Shown here piece by piece: positions 8,861 to 11,212 of a DNA stretch of 11,212 nucleotides. The stretch spans positions 1-11,212 of the forward strand of contig NW_021827086.1 of NCBI RefSeq assembly GCF_006345805.1, in the 5' to 3' direction. A program made the position numbers and the translations under genes. This DNA comes from Octopus sinensis (lineage: Eukaryota). Position 1 is the stretch's first letter, and every line of letters begins with the position of its first letter. The notes under the pieces were generated by a model, which saw nothing but the letters and a program-made list of their open reading frames with translations, did no database searches and was not told where the DNA came from.

Positions 8861-9373
8861 CTAGCAGTATCGCCCGGCGTTGCTCGGTTTTGTAAGGGAA
8901 ATAACTATATAAGCATTTTCAGAGAGTTACTTCCTTTATAGATGCCAATTCGGGCTTTCTTAGCCATTTCTCTTTTGGTGTCTTCAAGCCATGAAGTCGT
9001 TGTTCTAAAAGAACGCTGGTCTCCTTGACAACGCTTTACGACGTTGATTTCCTTACACTCCTTCCCCACAGCTTCACGAGGAGGGAAGAAGGGGGAGAAG
9101 CAACACAGGTGCAGGTGTTTGAGCGTGGACGCCAACTCCGCCGCCATCGACACACGAAAATTATGCATTAAAATGGAATAAAAAATTATGTTAAATTATT
9201 TTTAAAATCGTAGACTCATCGTAGACGCGCGCTAATATTCAGACGGGCTCGATATGAATCACGACTATAAGATACCCGGTTTTGGTTAAACTGCACCGCA
9301 AAATGTGGGAGTAGCTAGGAATCTAAATCGTAGGAGACAGACACTCACACAACTTCACTTTTATATATAAAGA
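8861..9373 (-). mobile_element. Non-autonomous Helitron, copy 2 (513 bp)
   Basis: Same termini as copy 1: A|TC at 9374|9373, CTAG at 8864-8861, subterminal hairpin at 8873-8888. It carries a 215-bp internal segment absent from copy 1. Confidence 0.88.
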
Positions 9374-9684
9374 TATACATTAGAAAGAAAAAAAAACACA
9401 GGAAGAAAAAAAATTAAATTGAGAACGAGGCTCAGGAAACGCAATACTGTTAATAGCTGAAATATGTAAATTGGAATGGAATACTCTTTCAATAATTAAA
9501 AGATGAAACGAAAAAGAAAAGAGAAACTTAAAAATTTTTAAAAAGCTATAAAAAAAAAATCTCTATCAACTCTAAAGGCTTAAATGTAAGCGTACGAAAA
9601 TTAGTTCCTTCCGGTGTTGTTAAAAGCCGTATATGAGTCAAAGATGGTGATTTGAAGGTTAACTCGACACAGATCGAGGTTAAC

Positions 9685-10236
9685 GTCCGTTAAATAAGCC
9701 TGGCCGCAAATCTATAAAAACCAGTGAGGTAGCAGCCATCTACGTAATCGCTCGACCTGCTAGAAACACCAGCCAATCACCCTCGAATACGCACTATGGT
9801 CCGTTAAATAAGGCTGGTCGCAAATCTATAAAAACCAGTGAGGTAGCAGCCATCTACGTAGTCATTCGACCTGCTAGAAACACCAGCCAGTCACCCTCAA
9901 ATACGCACTATCGTCCGTTAACTAAGGCTGGACATAAATCCGTAAGAACGAGTGAGGTAGTAGCCATCTACGTAGTCATTCGACCTGCTAGAAACACCAG
10001 ACAATCACCCTCGAATACGCACTATCGTCCGTTCAATAAACCTGGCAACAAACCTGTAAGAACCAGTGAGGTAGCAGCCATCTACGTAATCGCTCGACCT
10101 GCTAGAAACACCAGCCAATCACCCTCGAATACGCACTATCGTCCGTTCAATAAGGTTGGTCGCAAATCTGTAAGAACCAGTGAGGTAGCAGCCATCTACG
10201 CAGTCATTCGACCTGCTAGAAACACCAGCCAATCAC
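9685..10236. repeat. Tandem array, 114-bp unit x ~4.8
   Basis: Units start with gtccgtt at 9685, 9799, 9913, 10027 and 10141, exactly 114 bp apart. They differ by substitutions only; the last unit is truncated at 96 bp. Confidence 0.97.
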
Positions 10237-10507
10237 TGTCAACGTAGTTGTGTGATATGCAAGAAACACCAGCCAGAAACCTTTGAAGAACGCACAATGG
10301 TTATGTACACAGAGGATAATATAGGATAACGTAGATTTTTCTTGACATGTAATGTTCGAAAGAAGACGGTAATGTCATTGCTGGAACGGATTGAATCAAA
10401 CGTCTGTTTCCTCAGAACTGACCAGGGACTAAACAACGACAAATCACAACAACAACCGTCACAACAACAACTATAATGTATATTTATATGAGAAGAGTAA
10501 CAGTATA

Positions 10508-10998
10508 GGCGTAGGAGTGGCTGTGTGGCAAGAGACTTGCTTACGAACCTCATGGTTCCGGGTTCAGTCCCACTGCGTGGCACCTTGGGCAAGTGTCTTC
10601 TACTATAGCCTCAGGCCGACCAAAGCCTTGTGAGTGGATTTGGTAGACAGAAACTGAAACAAGCCCGTCGTATATATATATGTATATATATGTATATGTA
10701 TATATACGTATATATATGTATATGTATATATATGTATATGTATGTATATGTATATATATGTATATGTATATGTATATATATGTATATGTATATGTATGTG
10801 TGTGAATACGTTTGTGTGTGAATACGTTTGCCCCCCCTCCACCAATCACTTGACAACCGAGCGGTTCGGCAAAAAGACCGATAGAATAAGTACTAGGCTT
10901 ACAAAGAATAAGTCCTGGGTTCGATTTGCTCGACTAAAGGCGGTGCTCCAGCATGACCACAGTCACATGACTGAAACAAGTAAAAGAGTAAAAGAGTA
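10508..10998 (+). mobile_element. Full-length tRNA-derived CORE-like SINE with expanded internal microsatellite
   Basis: A box TGGCTGTGTGG (10518-10528), B-box-like GGTTCAGTCCC (10561-10571), CORE-like caccttgggcaagtgtctt, (TA/TG)n at about 10671-10820, and a (gtaaaaga)n tail. CORE assignment is from recalled similarity to the CCTTGGGCAAGTCACTT motif. Confidence 0.9.
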
Positions 10999-11054
10999 TA
11001 TCATATTAAGTCTGCTTGGATACAGATATTATCGTGCTTAAAATACATACAGGA

Positions 11055-11212
11055 TACGTGTGTGTATATGTGTGTGTGTGTGTGTAGAAAGAGAGAGAGA
11101 AACGGAGAGAGAACATGAGAGAGAATAAAGAAAAAGAGTAGGATGAGAGAGAGAGAGAGAGAAAGGCGTGTCTTAGTATATCAGGTTGAGTGATGATGAT
11201 GATGATGATGAT
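11055..11212. repeat. (TG)n, (GA)n and (GAT)n microsatellites
   Basis: Directly visible. Confidence 0.93.

Noticed and set aside
9685-10236. CRISPR array
   Set aside because: The units are contiguous near-identical 114-mers with no unique spacers, the context is eukaryotic, and there are no cas genes.

Overview
AT-rich, microsatellite-laden eukaryotic non-coding DNA (intronic or intergenic). The SINE repertoire resembles what I recall from octopus genomes; this is recognition, not a database result. No credible protein-coding gene is present: the supplied ORFs are microsatellite or repeat read-throughs. The window holds four copies or fragments of a CORE-like tRNA SINE with an internal microsatellite, two SINEs sharing a tRNA-Arg-like head but with different bodies (each with a 12-bp TSD), and three fragments of a third SINE-like family. 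It also holds a head-to-tail pair of non-autonomous Helitrons (8374-9373) and a 114-bp x ~4.8 tandem array (9685-10236). The most interesting element is a minimal type I hammerhead-ribozyme motif on the minus strand (2106-2166), of the kind carried by Penelope-like retroelements. Its catalytic core lies inside an 84-bp spacerless palindrome that could fold back and lock the ribozyme off.
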